Shown here one piece after another: positions 50,418 through 64,000 of a DNA stretch of 64,000 nucleotides; within the stretch, counting starts at the first letter, position 1; the number at the start of each line of letters is the position of its first letter. Source of the DNA: Anthoceros angustus (taxonomy: Eukaryota; Plantae; Anthocerotophyta); assembly GCA_010909165.1 (NCBI GenBank), contig MU008158.1, positions 2,443,478 to 2,507,477 on the forward strand, written 5' to 3'. Made by a program: the position numbers and the translations under genes. The notes beneath the pieces were generated by a model, which worked only from the letters and a program-made list of their open reading frames with translations, was not told where the DNA came from and did not search any database.

Positions 50418-51872
50418 TGCCATGACAACTCTCCTAGAACTCATCCTATATTGGCACCAGTTTGCGAGGCCTGATGCTACATTGGCTTGCAAAAGTGGTG
50501 CAGGTGGACCATGATGCTGCAGTCCCTTTTATGACAGTTCATTGGTGGCGGACAGAGAACAATGATGCGTTTGAGGGAAGGTACATGGAGGAGTTTGTGA
50601 TATGAAAGCGGCCACCATGTCGTGGGAAAAAAGGCAGGAGGACAAAGAATGGAGGCAAAGGGCGTAATGAGAAGCATTTGCAAAGCCTAGAATTCCCAGA
50701 GACAAATGTGCTGGCCTATGATTTCACGCTGACAAGGAACAAGACATTGCAGAGGACAACAATAAAGCTGATAAAGATTAAGGTCTTTGAGTTGCGTGCA
50801 GAGCCTTCTGATGAGTTGGCGAGGCTTCCGCCAGCTGACATGAATGTTATGCTTGAAGACATGATTGACTCGGAAGACCTCGACAATGCTGAATCAACGG
50901 ATGAGTCCATAGATGTGGTGGTAGACCGGCTAGATGGTTTGGACTCTGAGGAGGAGCCAGACACTTGGCCACCAAATATTATCAACTTCCTAGTGCCTTA
51001 CAACAGGAACGATAGGTCCCCTCGTGCTTGAATGTAGTGGGAAGTTTTGCGGTTTTTGTTGAAGGTTTTAACAGCTTGTCTTTGGCAGCATTTTGTTTGT
51101 AGAAAGTGTCCAAGTGTGCGGTTGTCCGATGCATGTACACAGCTTTCGTGTAGCAACCACTTTTAGTGAATCGGGTGCTCTAATTTTGTAACCATTTTAT
51201 GGTGGTTTTGGATAGCAGTGAGTGGCAGGCTACGAGTCTTCAATGTTAACCATCCTGCTAATCTTTGTTCTTAGCTTGTATTGTGGCAGATGTGTCCACA
51301 AAGGATGTCTAGGATCACAGAATGTCCGATGGCAAAAGTATATTATAGCAAAGCAAGTGCCCATGTGTTTTTTTGTCTACCAGTTGTGCATACTGTCGCA
51401 TTCCAGTATAGGCAAGTGACATTACGGTTGATCTCATGCTGCAACTCACAGAGAAAAGGATGTACGGGAAGCTGGTGCAGGGCACGGGGCTTAGAGTTGA
51501 CCGCCCCCAATGACCATGGAGGTGGAACGGGACGGGGGATCCAGGACGTAGGTGTTCCAGTTGCAGGGGATGCACACGGGAGTAAAACAAGTTCACGAAG
51601 CGAGCGCCCCTGCTCGCCTTCCACCTCCAAAGACAAAGTTGTCTACCTCCTGCCTTCTATTCTGTTCTCGCCGCCCTACCCCCTCCTCTTGCTCGGTTCC
51701 GTCCTCCGCTAAGTTGCTCCACCCTTCTTCCTGTCTCTGCCGTTCTCCCTCCATTCTTCCTTTTTACTTCCCTCCATCCAACCTCCCCTGTTTGCAGGTT
51801 TTTTGGATGAGGACTCGTGGGAGTGGCTACGAGTCACCTCCTCGAGTCACAAGGGAGGATGTGGAGGCAAAG

Positions 51873-54800
51873 TGTTTGAATAAACCTCCGTTTAGGGTTT
51901 AGGTTAACCATAGTTGGGGTTTAGTTAATTAAGCAGACCAGCAGTTACTGTTGGGTTAAGTTAGGATGGAGAGACGCGACTCTATGAGAGTCTTGTATAA
52001 ACGATGGGCGTGTGCTCATAATATTATTATTCACTCAAGCATAACATAAGTGTATCTGAGTCTTTTCTCATGGTATCAGAGCACCATGTCTCTGATCCTA
52101 ATTTATTCTATGTTGTCTACCCTCTACTCTGGACGCTCGTGGTGAGACATATAACTGGGCACACTACCCAAAAGCCAGCACTTAATATGGCCCCTGGATT
52201 CTGTGCCTGGCATAGACTCACCACCTGCGTTACAAAATCAGATTTAGAAAAATGGGTAAAACAAAAGACATAAGAAATAACTCTTCACGCAGATCCGCTA
52301 CAGAGATCATGCAATTTAGAGAAAATGCCTGCAAGGCTTTATGACACCATCGGGTGTTCTTCACCTCATGAGCGAAATTTCAGATTGCAAAATCACACCA
52401 AGGCTAGCCTCCGACGACCTGCACAGCCATACTGTCCGGTCAGGGAGCAATCTTTTCGTTACGAGCACCAACCTTGGTACTCTGCAGGATTTTTCAACTC
52501 TAAAAACAGGTTCAAGCCACCGCTCAGACATCTCCAAAATCAAACCTCAGAAGATCTGACACAAATTGTAGCCAAAATTGATTATTTGGTTTACCAGCAA
52601 GCTCGGATTCTGGCGTTTTTTAAGATTATCATGGCGCGTGAGACTACACAGGAGGCCGCGGCACGATCCTTGTCGTTCACCTCCAGATATCAATCGTTGT
52701 GAAGGTCTGAAGCATTGGCGTCCCTTCAGGACCTGTGTGCCGCCACTCCCAACTCGGCTGCGCCTACCGGTGTTCCTTCAACAATCATAAATGTCGTGGC
52801 ATCCGTTAAGAGGTGTGTTCTCCTCTCTTGATCCCCAACCGACGCCACCTTTTGTCAAGTGGAGCGAGCAACTGCTCTAGAGGACGCAGTTTCACCAAAA
52901 TCTTGATCTCTGTTGAACCGACTTAACTCAACTAACACTGTTACCCAACAGCACCACACAAGAGTTCACGACGTTCCTCCCGTGGAGGTTCGGCCCGTGG
53001 TCCATCTCCACCACCACCCTCTCCTCCACCTCCGCCGTTGCCTCCTCATCCACCATCCTCTCCTCCTCAGCCTCTGTTCCCTCAACAACCCTCCTACACC
53101 GATGAATTTAAGGAGCGGGACTGCTTCAACGGTACCAAATTCGAAGTCTGGCGTGTGCGCATGACTTCTGCTCTACAGGCCAGACACGTGTGGGGAGTTG
53201 TTAGTGGCACAGGACAGGAACCTCCCGCCACTGCTACACAGCATGACAAAGACAGATGGCAGAACTTAAATAATGTCGCGCGTGCTTTCCTCATCAGTGG
53301 GCTGGATGAAGTCCTCGTGCCTGACATTGCTTATCTACTCAAAGCCGACGAGATCTGGAAGCAGCTCCTCCAGAGGTACGAAGCAAGGAACATTCTTACC
53401 TTGTGTGCAGTGCGTGGGGAACTCTTCTCTCTCCGCTTGAAGGAAGGGGAGAAGGTGTCACCTTTCATCCTTCGTTTCCGCCAGCCAAGAGCTCAACTTC
53501 TCAACCTTGGTTCATCGTTTCCTGAACTGGATGCTGTTGCCAAGTTGCTTTCTTCTCTACCTCCCAGCTACCAGACCTTTGTCTCTGGCTATGGTGCTTC
53601 CATACGCGCAGCTGACAAGGCAGTGGCTGTTGGGAAGGCCGCCTGAATCCATTTTATTGATGTAGTCGGGGCCCTATTACAAGAAGAGCAAAGTCGAGCA
53701 CACTCTGGTCAGCACGGTCGCTCAAAGTGGACAAGGTGCTCTACACAAAGGGGCAGAACTTTGATAGGGGAAAATCAAATACCTCTGGAGCCAGACCCTC
53801 TAAGCCTGCTCCAAACAAACGGACTGGTACTTGCAACTGGTGTGGCATTCAGGGCCACTGGGAACGAGAATGTCGGAAGAAGACATCGTGAACTCGAAAG
53901 TCAGAAGCCCCATCGCTTTGGTCAAGCACACGTGGCTGCTGGGGTCTCCTCTTCCATCACCGGCAAACCACCAGTGGTAATGACGGTTTGTTTCTCGTCC
54001 TCTGCAGCATTCTCTCCACATCGCTGGTACCTAGACTCGGGTGCCACTTCCCACATCTGCAATGACAAGTCGTTTTTGAGTCATTTCCATCCTGACGGCC
54101 CGACAAGTGCCTGTTAGGGGATGAGGTTACGCGTATCGGCATGCATTGAGGGCCTGCTCATGTCGCTGCTTCATGATGGCTCAGTCCTTCACCTTGACAA
54201 CGTCCTGTACGTCCCACAGATGGCTAAGCACCTTCTATCAGTTAGCCAGCTCATGTCCTTACGTATGTACGACCTGCTATTCACTTCTTCTAGCTGTTTG
54301 CTTAAGAAGAGTGGGGAAGGAGGTCATGTCGTAGCAAAAGGACATTTGGTTCACGATCTTTATCAACTAGACTTGCAGCATACCGCCACACCGGTTACGT
54401 TGCCCAACCTGGCCAGCTTGCAGCCGCCTTTGGCATGCCCGATTGGGTCACGCTAATCATGACAAGTTGATAAAAATGTCTAACCTCTCATGCTATAGAG
54501 AGCCACTTCCAAAGTGCTTCAAATCCTTGCCACTTTGTGATGCCTGCATGATAGCCAAGCAAAAGGAGATACCTTTTCCCAAGGCTGTCGCCCACCGTGC
54601 TTCCCAGATTCTGGAATTAGTACATGCGGATATTTCTGGCAAGATTCATGTTCCATCTTTGGGTGGTGCCCAATACTATCTAACAATAAATGACGATTAC
54701 AGTAGATATTCTTGGACTTACCCTTTACGTTTGAAGTCGGACACTTTTGGTGTCTTCCAAGAATGGCTGCAGATGGCTCAACGCCGATGAGCTTGCTCAA

Positions 54801-57800
54801 GTGCTCGCACAGAGCATGGAATGTAGTTTGTGCACGGCCACTTCAACCAATATCTCCTTGACTTGGGTGTTGTTAGGCAGCTGATTGTACCGTACACTCA
54901 AAAGCAGAACGGTGTTGCCGAACGCCGTAATCAAACTCTGCTAGGCATGACGAGGAGTATGTTAGAATGGTCTGGTCTAAGTAAAGCTTTCTGGGCAGAA
55001 GCTGTGGTGACAGCAACTTACATCCTTAACCGTATTCTGACAAGTGCTATGGTAGGGCAAACTCCTTTTGAGGTTATGTGGCGCAGGAAACCAAGTCTGC
55101 TCCACTTTCGCGTGTTTGGCTCTCCAGCATATGCATACATCCTTGAGGAGAAGCGCAGGAAGTTAGAAGATCGAGCAAAGCCTCTGCTGTTTGTCGAGTA
55201 TGGGGAAGAAGCTAAGGCATATAAGCTTTACGACACACTCATCAACACAACTGTGTTCGCAAGGAGTGTGACTTTCAAGGAGCTCTTATGTCCAGCTAAA
55301 CCTTATTTTGATTCCTTACCCCGCAACCAGGAGACTGTTCCTCACATCGAGACTTTTGATTTCGATGTCCCTTCCTCGTTCCCACAAGATGATGCTCCCT
55401 TTGTTGCACCCGTCGCAAAAACATCGGATCCGAATTTAGTTATCCCACATGTGGAAGGGATCCTTGATGATCTCGTATAGCTGCGAAGCTGATCGATCGG
55501 TGCTCCTGATCCTCCTCAACTTCCTGACCAAGTTGTGCAAGTTCTGGAGCGGGAACCTGAACATGACGATGGAGGTTTCTCGGATCACAATTCTGACCAG
55601 TCTGCTGGACCTGACACAGGTGATTACTTGTTCAACGGACAGCAAGTTGGAGTGGATACAGGTGATGATCTGCCTGTTGTTGAAGAAGAGCCTGAACCTC
55701 CTATCGAGGACCTTGTTCAACCGGTGGAACGACGTTATCCTTCTCGAACCCGTCTTCCACCTGCTCAGTGGTTTGTACCTCCTTATGCTTCCATTGATTT
55801 TCGGCATCCCAGGGCTAGTGTTTCTATCCCTCTAGGGGCATCTTCTTCACAAAACCCTTGCAGATTTGAGCCTGTCTCCTATCAAGAGGCAATTACTGGC
55901 CCCGATAAGGATCAGTGGATTCCTTCTATCCAGGATGAGTACGATTCCCTAATAAAGAATGACACTTGGGAACTCTGCCCCCTGCCAAAAGGAAGAAAAG
56001 CCGTCAGCTGCAAGTGGGTTTTCAAGCATAAATTAAATGCTCAGGGTGAAATCGCCCGCTATAAGTCTCGGCTTGTTGCCCGCGGTTTCTCTCAAGTCCC
56101 TGGCATTGATTTTACAGAGACATTCAGCCCTGTTGTCAAGACACAGTCAGTTCGTATGATCCTAGCTCTGGCAGCTGCCAATGCCTGGGACTTACAACAA
56201 ATGGATGTATGTACCGCTTTTCTCTATGGTGAATTAGAGGAAGACATCTACATGGAGCAACCTGAGGGGTTTGTCGATCATGAACATCCAGACTGGGTTT
56301 GTCATCTCAAAAAGACGATTTATGGTCTCAAACAGTCTGCCAGGGAATGGTACAAAACCATTGATGCTTACCTCAAGTCTATTGGTTTTCAGCAGAACCC
56401 TGGAGATGCCAACGTTTATGTTTACTTCAAGGATGGTCACCGTCAGATCGGCCTCATGTCGATGACGCCATTCTCCATTAAACGATCCGTCAAGTAGCCC
56501 GTCAAAGGAATGTTGCACCAAAAATTCGACATGAAAGATATCAGGGCTCTTACCTTTGTGTTGGGTGTTCAGTTGGTCCGTGATGAGGCTGAGCATACTA
56601 TTATGCTTCACCAGGCCAAATACATTGCGGAGACCCTTGGTCGTTTCCATTGATTCCGCACTGCTTTCTACTCACAGCATTGCGTTGTTAAGCTTTCCGT
56701 GACCGGCCCCCAAACAGATGAGGACCGCCAGTTATGTCTCACATTCCTTATCGCCATGCCGTTGTCTTAACTACATCACTGACCGCCTTGACATACAATA
56801 TGTCTTAGCCTGCCTCCGCCTTGATGATCCTGGCCATGCCCATTGGGGTGCAGTTAAACGTATCCTTTGGTATCTCAAAGGCACCATGAATCACGACTTA
56901 TGCTTCCGGGGTCGAGATGCACTTACTCTTTGTGGCTACGCTGATGCTGACTGGGCCACCGATCCAGATGCCAGGTGAAGCATTTCAGCCTACTGCTTCA
57001 TGTTATCCGATGCGGCTATCCACTGGAGCTCCAAGAAGCAAGTGTCGATCACTCTGTCCTCTACTGAGGCCGAGTACAAAGCTTTAACGGAGGCTGCCAA
57101 GAAAGCTACCTGGGAGCGCTGTTTTCTGCATAGGCTCGGTTTCCCGCAGTCTCAGCCTACTCCTATCCTCTGTGACAACAAGTCCACGATTGCCATGACT
57201 GCTAACCCTCGTTTCCACGCCCGTACTAAGCACATCGAGGTGCATCACCATTTTGTCAGCACTCAGGAATGTGGCGAGTCAAAATTCAGATGTGCTAACA
57301 AACACGGCAGACTTGCTCACCAAGTACGTGCCTGCACACAAGCATCATCTCCACATGGAGGCTATGGGCATCGTGGCTCGCCTAGCTTTTCATGTTCTAT
57401 TCTGCAGGTTGTGGTGGATGAATCTATCCTGAGAACCAAGTTGCATGACCACAGCCTTTGGTGGAACATGATCACTTATCCATGGGAAGCCGATCGGCGT
57501 GGCTATCTTGAATTGCTCCTCCAATGCTTCCTCGTGGTCGACTAATCCCTCCTCCATTTCTTATCGACGCGACAGAGAACCGGCATTCCCAACTCAGAGC
57601 CCATCTCGCCTGCGGATTTAATCTCGCCATTCGTTGTGGCGTTGCTGGCGTTGCGTTGGCCTTCCTCGCTCTCTCCTTCTGCGTTTTCTCTGCTCCTCTT
57701 GCAGGAATTGGTACAGCAGAAACACCGCGATTGCGAAGGCGCAGAGCGCCAGACACTGCACAAGTGAGCTGGCCATCGTCACCGTTTACGTCTCCTTTCT

Positions 57801-58030
57801 AACACTACCAGCGTGCTCTGCTTACGGGGGCGTGTTTGAATAAACCCCCGTTTAGGGTTTAGGCTAACCATAGTTGGGGTTTAGTTAATTAAGCAGACCA
57901 GCAGTTACTGTTGGGTTAAGTTAGGATGGCGAGATGCGACTCTATGAGAGTCTTGTATAAACGATGGGCGTGTGCTCATAATATTATTATTCACTCAAGC
58001 ATAACATTAGTGTATCTGAGTCTTTTCTCA
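51873..58030 (+). mobile_element. Full-length Ty1/copia LTR retrotransposon, degenerate gag-pol
   Basis: 198-bp LTRs 51873-52070 and 57833-58030 (TG..CA, 5 substitutions), TSD CAAAG, PBS TGGTATCAGAGC (tRNA-iMet). Gag FNGTKFEVW, knuckle CNWCGIQGHWEREC, PR WYLDSGATSH, INT ELVHADI/QNGVAERRN, RT YKSRLVARGF/YGLKQS, RH GYADADWA. Confidence 0.97.
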
Positions 58031-58077
58031 CAAAGCGAGGCGAGGAGGGTGGAAGTCGTCGAGTAATATTTAATGTG

Positions 58078-61000
58078 GTCTCCTTAGGGCTAGTGACACA
58101 CTCCACTTTCAGGAGACGGGCCAAATTTGACATCAAAATTTGCACTTAAGAAAACTTGAACGTTGATTTTGAGGGTTTGTGGGAAGCGGTGCTAAAAATA
58201 CAACATGTACACCCAAACCCATTCCACTTCATCAAAACTTGAAATTTATTGGCAATATTTCCACACCTCGATGTCTCATGGTTAAACAAAAGAGGCATTC
58301 GGGAGAAAAGTAGAGATCCTTATAAATTTATGGCGCAGACTAGAACATTTATTTAGGCTTTATTTCAATGTGTCACTTTTGGGATACATTACGACCAAAG
58401 CTACCTTTACAAACCGGCATATGGAAAAGTGTAGACCGTCATGTTACACAATTGGATGAATGCATCACTAGCGGCTCACTGTTTGTGGGCCTTAGGGTTA
58501 TTCATGTAAAATACATGGAATAATATTATTCAAATATACATCCCCAAGGTACAAAGTATATGCCGATGAATACATTTCTCGCTAATAAAGTATTGGAAAA
58601 CCGATATGGTGTAGTTCATATAACCGCCTCTAGTCCATGCCATGACATTGACGTTGGCTCATAGCCACCGTCCGACGACAAAACATTCCGAATCGCATTC
58701 CCCAAACTCAAACCCCGTTTCCGCTTCACACTTGGCGGACCATGGCTTGCACATCGACGCTAAAACTTGACATACACAAAATCATGTGATTGCCCCCAAC
58801 TCGACCCGGTGAAGCCACGAAAGCTATGGAGAAAGCAAGCTCCAACCCCCTCTCCTCCTTCCCTTCCCCTCCGCCCCGCTTCTAGTCTGGATCGCTTGCA
58901 AAAACCTAGGTAACCCACTTCACGCCCTATCTCTCCAAAGGTGCTCCTCCGGTTTGCCAAGGGTGTCCCCATCACTGTCTCGCCACAATGAACAGCCCGT
59001 TAGTGCATGCGACAACCATGCTCAACTCTCAAGCGAAAAGGTAGAGGTAAGTGCTTACCGCCTCCTCCTTCACTTCCACCCCTCCCGCCTCCCAAGGCGA
59101 CAGCCCTCTGCAGCAACCTTCATTCGCGTAAGCTTGCATGGACTCACGGCATGCAAGGTCACGGAAGCTCTAAACAATTGGGACCGGACAGTCCTCGTGC
59201 TCTTCCTTCACCCTCCTTCCTTCCTCTCGACGCCGGAGTTGCTGCACCCTTCGTTTCGCCTCCGGGAACCCCTCCTTCGCTATCCTATAGTCCTCTTCCA
59301 CCCCTTGGCTTTTACCTCCCGCAAAGATCTGGAAAATCTACGATGCCACCCTCTGCATGGAAGGAGATGGCCATGCCACCGCCTTTCCCCGCCCACGCAG
59401 GAGACCCAAATGGCCTCCACACAAGTCCTGGATGGGCAACTTCCATCCTTCTCCGCCTTGGCTCGGCCTCCACATCCTCCCTTGTGATACGAGGTGGTGA
59501 CTCGAGCCACCGCGAGTCCTCATCCGTAAGGGCTGCAAGCAAGGTTAGTTCAAGGAAGGTTGGATGGATGGGACGGGAAGGAGGGGCGATAATCAACAGG
59601 CAAAAACCCACAGCCGTGAGGTGGAAGGAGGTGGAGGAGCATGGCGTGAGGACGGCTCTCCGCCAGGAGGGATGAGCGCGGGCACAAACCACAAAGGAGG
59701 TGGAAGACAACCTCGTGGAAGCGGAGGAAGACGCTGCTTTTGAGCCCGTCTTGGTACTCAGTTTTACGCTGTGCGTCGTGTGCATCGCCACGAGCGACCC
59801 CGTGCTCCACCCCATATCATTAGGTCGGTCGGTCAAACTAGAAAAAAAACATTGCGCACTTGCTGCGGCATACATACCTTTGCCACGGACATCCTGGCGT
59901 GACCATCCTGGGGACACTTCGCCACACGCAAGGTCGAACATAGATGACCATGATCACCATTGAAACCTCGACCGCTACTCAATCGGACAAACCACCGAAC
60001 ATTGTTAGAAAATTAGAGCACCACATTGCTGGATCGGTTTCGACATAGTCGCCGCTTACATGCTCCGGACATTATCACACCGTCAACTTCCTACAACAGA
60101 GATGATGCCGATGGCAAGTCGTTAAACCTTTCCACGAAAAGACGAAAACAATCCATCGCATTCAAGCCCGAGGGGACATAACGTCTGGTACAAGGAATCG
60201 GAAGTTGACAATATTAGGTTGCCTCATCGTCGCTCCTCTCCAGTCCGACCATCCACCGGTCCACCACCACGCTCGTGGACTCATCCGTTGATTCCACATT
60301 GTCGAGGTCTTCCGAGTCAATCATGTCTTCGCATGACATTCGTGTCACCGGCGGAAGTCACGGCTCATCACCTCAACGCAACTCAAAGACTTTGGTCTTT
60401 ATCGCTTCATTGTCGCCCTCCGCAACGCCTTGTTCCTTGTCACAAATCATAGGCCAGCACATTTGTCTCGGGAAGTTGAGGCTTTGCAAATGCTTCTCCC
60501 GACGCCTCGCCTCCATTCTTTGATCGCCGCACTTTTTCCCTCGACCGTGGGCGCCAGATCACAAACTCCTCCATGTACCTTCCCTCGAATGCATCATTGT
60601 TCTCTGTCCGCCACCAATGAACTATCATGAAAGGGACCCCAAGATCATGGTCCACCTCCACCACTTTTGCGAGCCGTAATGGTCTCGCCTCGATCATCCC
60701 CGCCTTGACAGCAACCATCATTCCCTCCTCAATCTCCTTCACACAACCTCGACCGAGCCTCGCCTTGCCCTCCCTCCGCACTGATGTGCCCCTGTACACC
60801 TCCACCATGTCCAAAAATCCGTCTGCCATTGCAGGATCAACCAAAGTTGAGTCCGAGGGTCTGGTGGTACCTCGCTTTTCTTCATCGCGAGTGTACCAAG
60901 ACCATTCTGCTCCAACGGAATGGAATGCCACCGCTAGTCTCGGCTATTGCTACTGCTCATCCCAACGTATCCCACCATGATAGTTGCTCCACATTCATAT

Positions 61001-63400
61001 GTCGCAGTGCGTTCTAGGCCCGCTTTTACTTCATGGACTCCGCCACTACACCGCCACTACGCCATCGCTTGGAGACTATCGACACGACATCGTGGGGCAT
61101 CCTTCCGCTTTGCATGTCCCTTTCCTTTACCTTGGGCATGTGATGGGACCAACGGCAACAATGGAGTCGCCACAATCACCCGTGGTGGCACCCCTGAACG
61201 TAATAGCGCACACCACCCTCCGTGACGGATCGAACTTGAAAACTCCTTGCATCTTAGCACGCCACGCCCTCCTCTCGATAGCAGCCCCTTGTTATTTTGA
61301 ACCGTGTTGAAAATCGTGATTATGCAAGTCATTGCTGCGATCCCCTTCGGCCATAGATAGGTCTTGAAGTCCGCACCTCCTTCAAGATGTGAATCATGCG
61401 GTGATGGGGTGTACGCCTCCAAAGAACCCTATCATTCGCAATGTGAAAGCATCCTTCAACCCTAGCACAACCGAGAACCTCGAAAACATTTGGTCAATCG
61501 ATCGTGGGTATGGCCAACAAGAAGAAACCCCACCTTGATTTTTGAAGATACCTTTCGCCACAAGCATGGATGATATGCCAATACCTCCGATTCTTGTTTT
61601 GAGCAGTGTTGTCCATCCGCAAGTATAGAATAGGGGAGCCCTCCTGTATTGATAACATGTCAATCACGGCTCTGATTCCATTCGGATCATTTCTCACATT
61701 CGGAAACTCAAATACACTCAGTGCGCACCAAGTAGTTGAACACCAAGACACCTAGAACGTGAAGCCCGACAAGGGCTCCGGAATCAACCGTCTTTGGCAA
61801 TCTGCGGTAATGGGGCAACTCGCTTTTTTTGGTCCATACCATCTATGGCAATACCAATGAACTTAGCCGCCCCAAGTTTGGCCGCGCCATTTCGCGCTCC
61901 TTCGTTGTTGTTCTCTGTGGAGTCTCGAGCTCCACATTCTTGTCTGCACACGCAACAATAAGGGCGCGAATGTGCACACGGTTTGTTTCAAGCCCCGCCT
62001 TCATTCGCAAGAAAAGGGTATGAGGCCATGGGTTGCGCCAAAGTTCGCGGACATCCGGTGACCGCCTGGAATAAGGACCGCCATCTCACCTTGTACGTGG
62101 TCCGACCCTGCGTCTTTTATTTTCCTCTTTAGGTCATCGCAATCTGCACAGACTGAAAACCGGTTGCACCGTGGTATTTTAACAACCCGGAAATACTTCA
62201 TCCAAAGCTTGCAAAAGTAGCTGTAACAAACGTGGGAGCAAAGTGATCTGTTCTGCTGCCTGGCATACTCAATGAAGATCTCCTTTTCGTAGTCGCAAGT
62301 TGAAGACTTCCGATTCGGCCTCTTTCCACGACCTTTGAAGAAAACGCCCATCCACATGACGTGTAATCCATATGGCGTTATTTGCTTTAGACCGTAGCCT
62401 ACGGTCCATCTAACATTTTTCACTACCCCGGTTTGCATTCTTGTATCTTAGTGACCCAATGCGTAAAACCCGATGAAAGCCCTCACACACACCGCTTCTT
62501 CCCATGTGGAATCCGGTTTATCCATACTATGGGCAACAACTCCTCTTCGCCTTCGATCGATCCAGATGGTCTTGCAAATGCTCCTCGCCTCTCCTTTGTC
62601 ATGCGGAAGAATGCTACAGAATCACCTTCAATTTGAATGGCCAACACGCCTAAACATTTTTGTCACAACAATGCCGCTTTAAATCGGCGCACAACTTGGC
62701 CTGAACAATGCTTCTCTAAGACCAAATCCATTCTAGCTGGCCGGAGGTACTTTACGCTTGGCAACGCTGCAGCTGTTGCACGCAAATCCTCACCTTTTGG
62801 CTTTGATGCGCGAGGCATCATCTCGTGCAACTCCAACCGGATGGCATCACAATCACCAAACAAAGATCCGGGACCACGGACCACATTAGCTCTTGACGAC
62901 TCCCAAGATTTGTAACTCCGCCATCACCAAGGCGATATTGTTTCCAAGCCAAGCCCAAAATCAACAATGTTGTGGATCTTCTCACCAAAGTCCGGAGACT
63001 CGCAACACTCCACATCGTAGTCTTGCCCTGTTCCCGCCTCGTGTAGCACATTCTCGATAGTATTCTCGACCCGCCCACAAAGATCCGCCGGAGGCCGACC
63101 TTGTCCGGCAGGCCCGGTGTTATCCGCGGCCGCCCAATGCGCCCCGAGGTACATCTTCGCGATGCGCCGCCATCGGGTGATCAAGAAGTCCGGATGGATG
63201 GTGCCGTGAGCCGCCTCGTGGTGGCACACGCGGGCCTCGCCGCGGCGTCTGCGTCGAGCACCGGACATCCGGTTAAACGTCTGCACGAGTTCTTCTTGTG
63301 CGATCCTCTCCGCCCGCATCGTACCCGGGATCGATGAAAAGGTCGCCATCACCGCAACCATATCCTCCCACCCTCCATATCCGGAACACGCACATCGCCA
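58078..63400 (-). mobile_element. Degenerate DDD-type DNA transposon (Sola-like; copy B), transposase pseudogene ~60400-63360
   Basis: Frameshifted minus-strand motifs YFCKLW..F..VKIP....FSVCADCDDLK, DGMDQKK..CP, LYLRMDNTAQNKN, GHTH..IDQMFSRFS. Superfamily assignment is from recalled motif similarity; the termini were not identified. Confidence 0.72.
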
Positions 63401-64000
63401 TCGCCTCCACCGCTAGAAGTCTGCCACCGGTCTCTTCAAGGACTATGCCGACGCGCCGCCATAGCCTCGTGAATCATCCTCTAAAACTACGACGGGGTTG
63501 TGCGGGCATCATCGTGAGATCAACAATTGAGTCGCCGACTCATGGCCACCTTCGAATGACATGCATCCGACCCGCCCGGCGAATGTAAAATCGAACACGC
63601 CGCCGCCGCCGTGGGCCATTGCTCACACCGAGGGGCGTGACGCCCAGGGAGGAGGAGGGATGCGCAAGGTGGATGAGAAGTGGATGCGCAAGACTCGATA
63701 CACCGGGCTGTGCGAAATAAGCCTTCGCACTAAATGTGCAATGAAGTCGAGGTGCCCACTTTGCGGTTGGTAGGAAACGGTGGTACCGCTAGTCGGTGGA
63801 TGCCGAATCACTCTAGGTGCCCATCGTTATGCCACGCGAACACTATTTTAGCTGTGGCATAACTAGCATATACCTTAGAATATGCTCAATATGCATTTGC
63901 CACATTAGCCGACAATGGCAAAACACGACGCCGGACAAAGCATTTAAGGAGTTGCTTGATTACAGAGTCGCCTTTGCCGTGTCTTCCTTCATGAAGGCAC

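Larger units (their letters stand above)
47800..58065. mobile_element. Rearranged remnant (copy A) of the Sola-like element, hosting two insertions
   Basis: 48017-48599 matches 58078-58641 directly. 50475-51870 and 58036-58060 match 59440-60690 in inverted orientation (LAKVV.VDHD..VPFM.VHWWRTENNDAFEGRYMEEFVI). Left boundary approximate. Confidence 0.7.

Overview
Gene-dense nuclear DNA of a land plant with short (~80-150 bp) GT-AG introns. A ciliary transition-zone gene and PLS-class PPRs point to a lineage with flagellated sperm; hornwort-like is my inference. The left half (1-31.3 kb) is genic: synaptotagmin-like gene (3' part), tRNA-Glu(TTC), GH17+X8 beta-1,3-glucanase, tRNA-Lys(CTT), a 2.0-kb TIR element with a 4-bp TSD, an AT-rich RPGRIP1L/Fantom-like gene, CCB3, FAD5/ADS desaturase, PEP carboxykinase, FtsZ1 and a DEK_C/SWIB gene. 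The right half is repeat-rich: an intronless AT-rich GDSL lipase behind a 47-bp minisatellite, a 4-kb higher-order tandem repeat with hAT-like ends, a disrupted PLS-E PPR gene, and a 1.89-kb tandem duplication carrying a small plastid Zn-finger gene. It ends in a TE nest: two Sola-like DDD transposon copies, one interrupted by a 1.8-kb TG..CA insert and by a full-length Ty1/copia element. I found no clear new multi-gene system. The best leads are the shortened AT-rich RPGRIP1L, the frameshifted FtsZ1 transit peptide, the tRNA-Lys 3'-end duplication, the unclassified 4-bp-TSD TIR element and the single-LTR PBS-His insert. Many 1-2 nt indels may be assembly errors.
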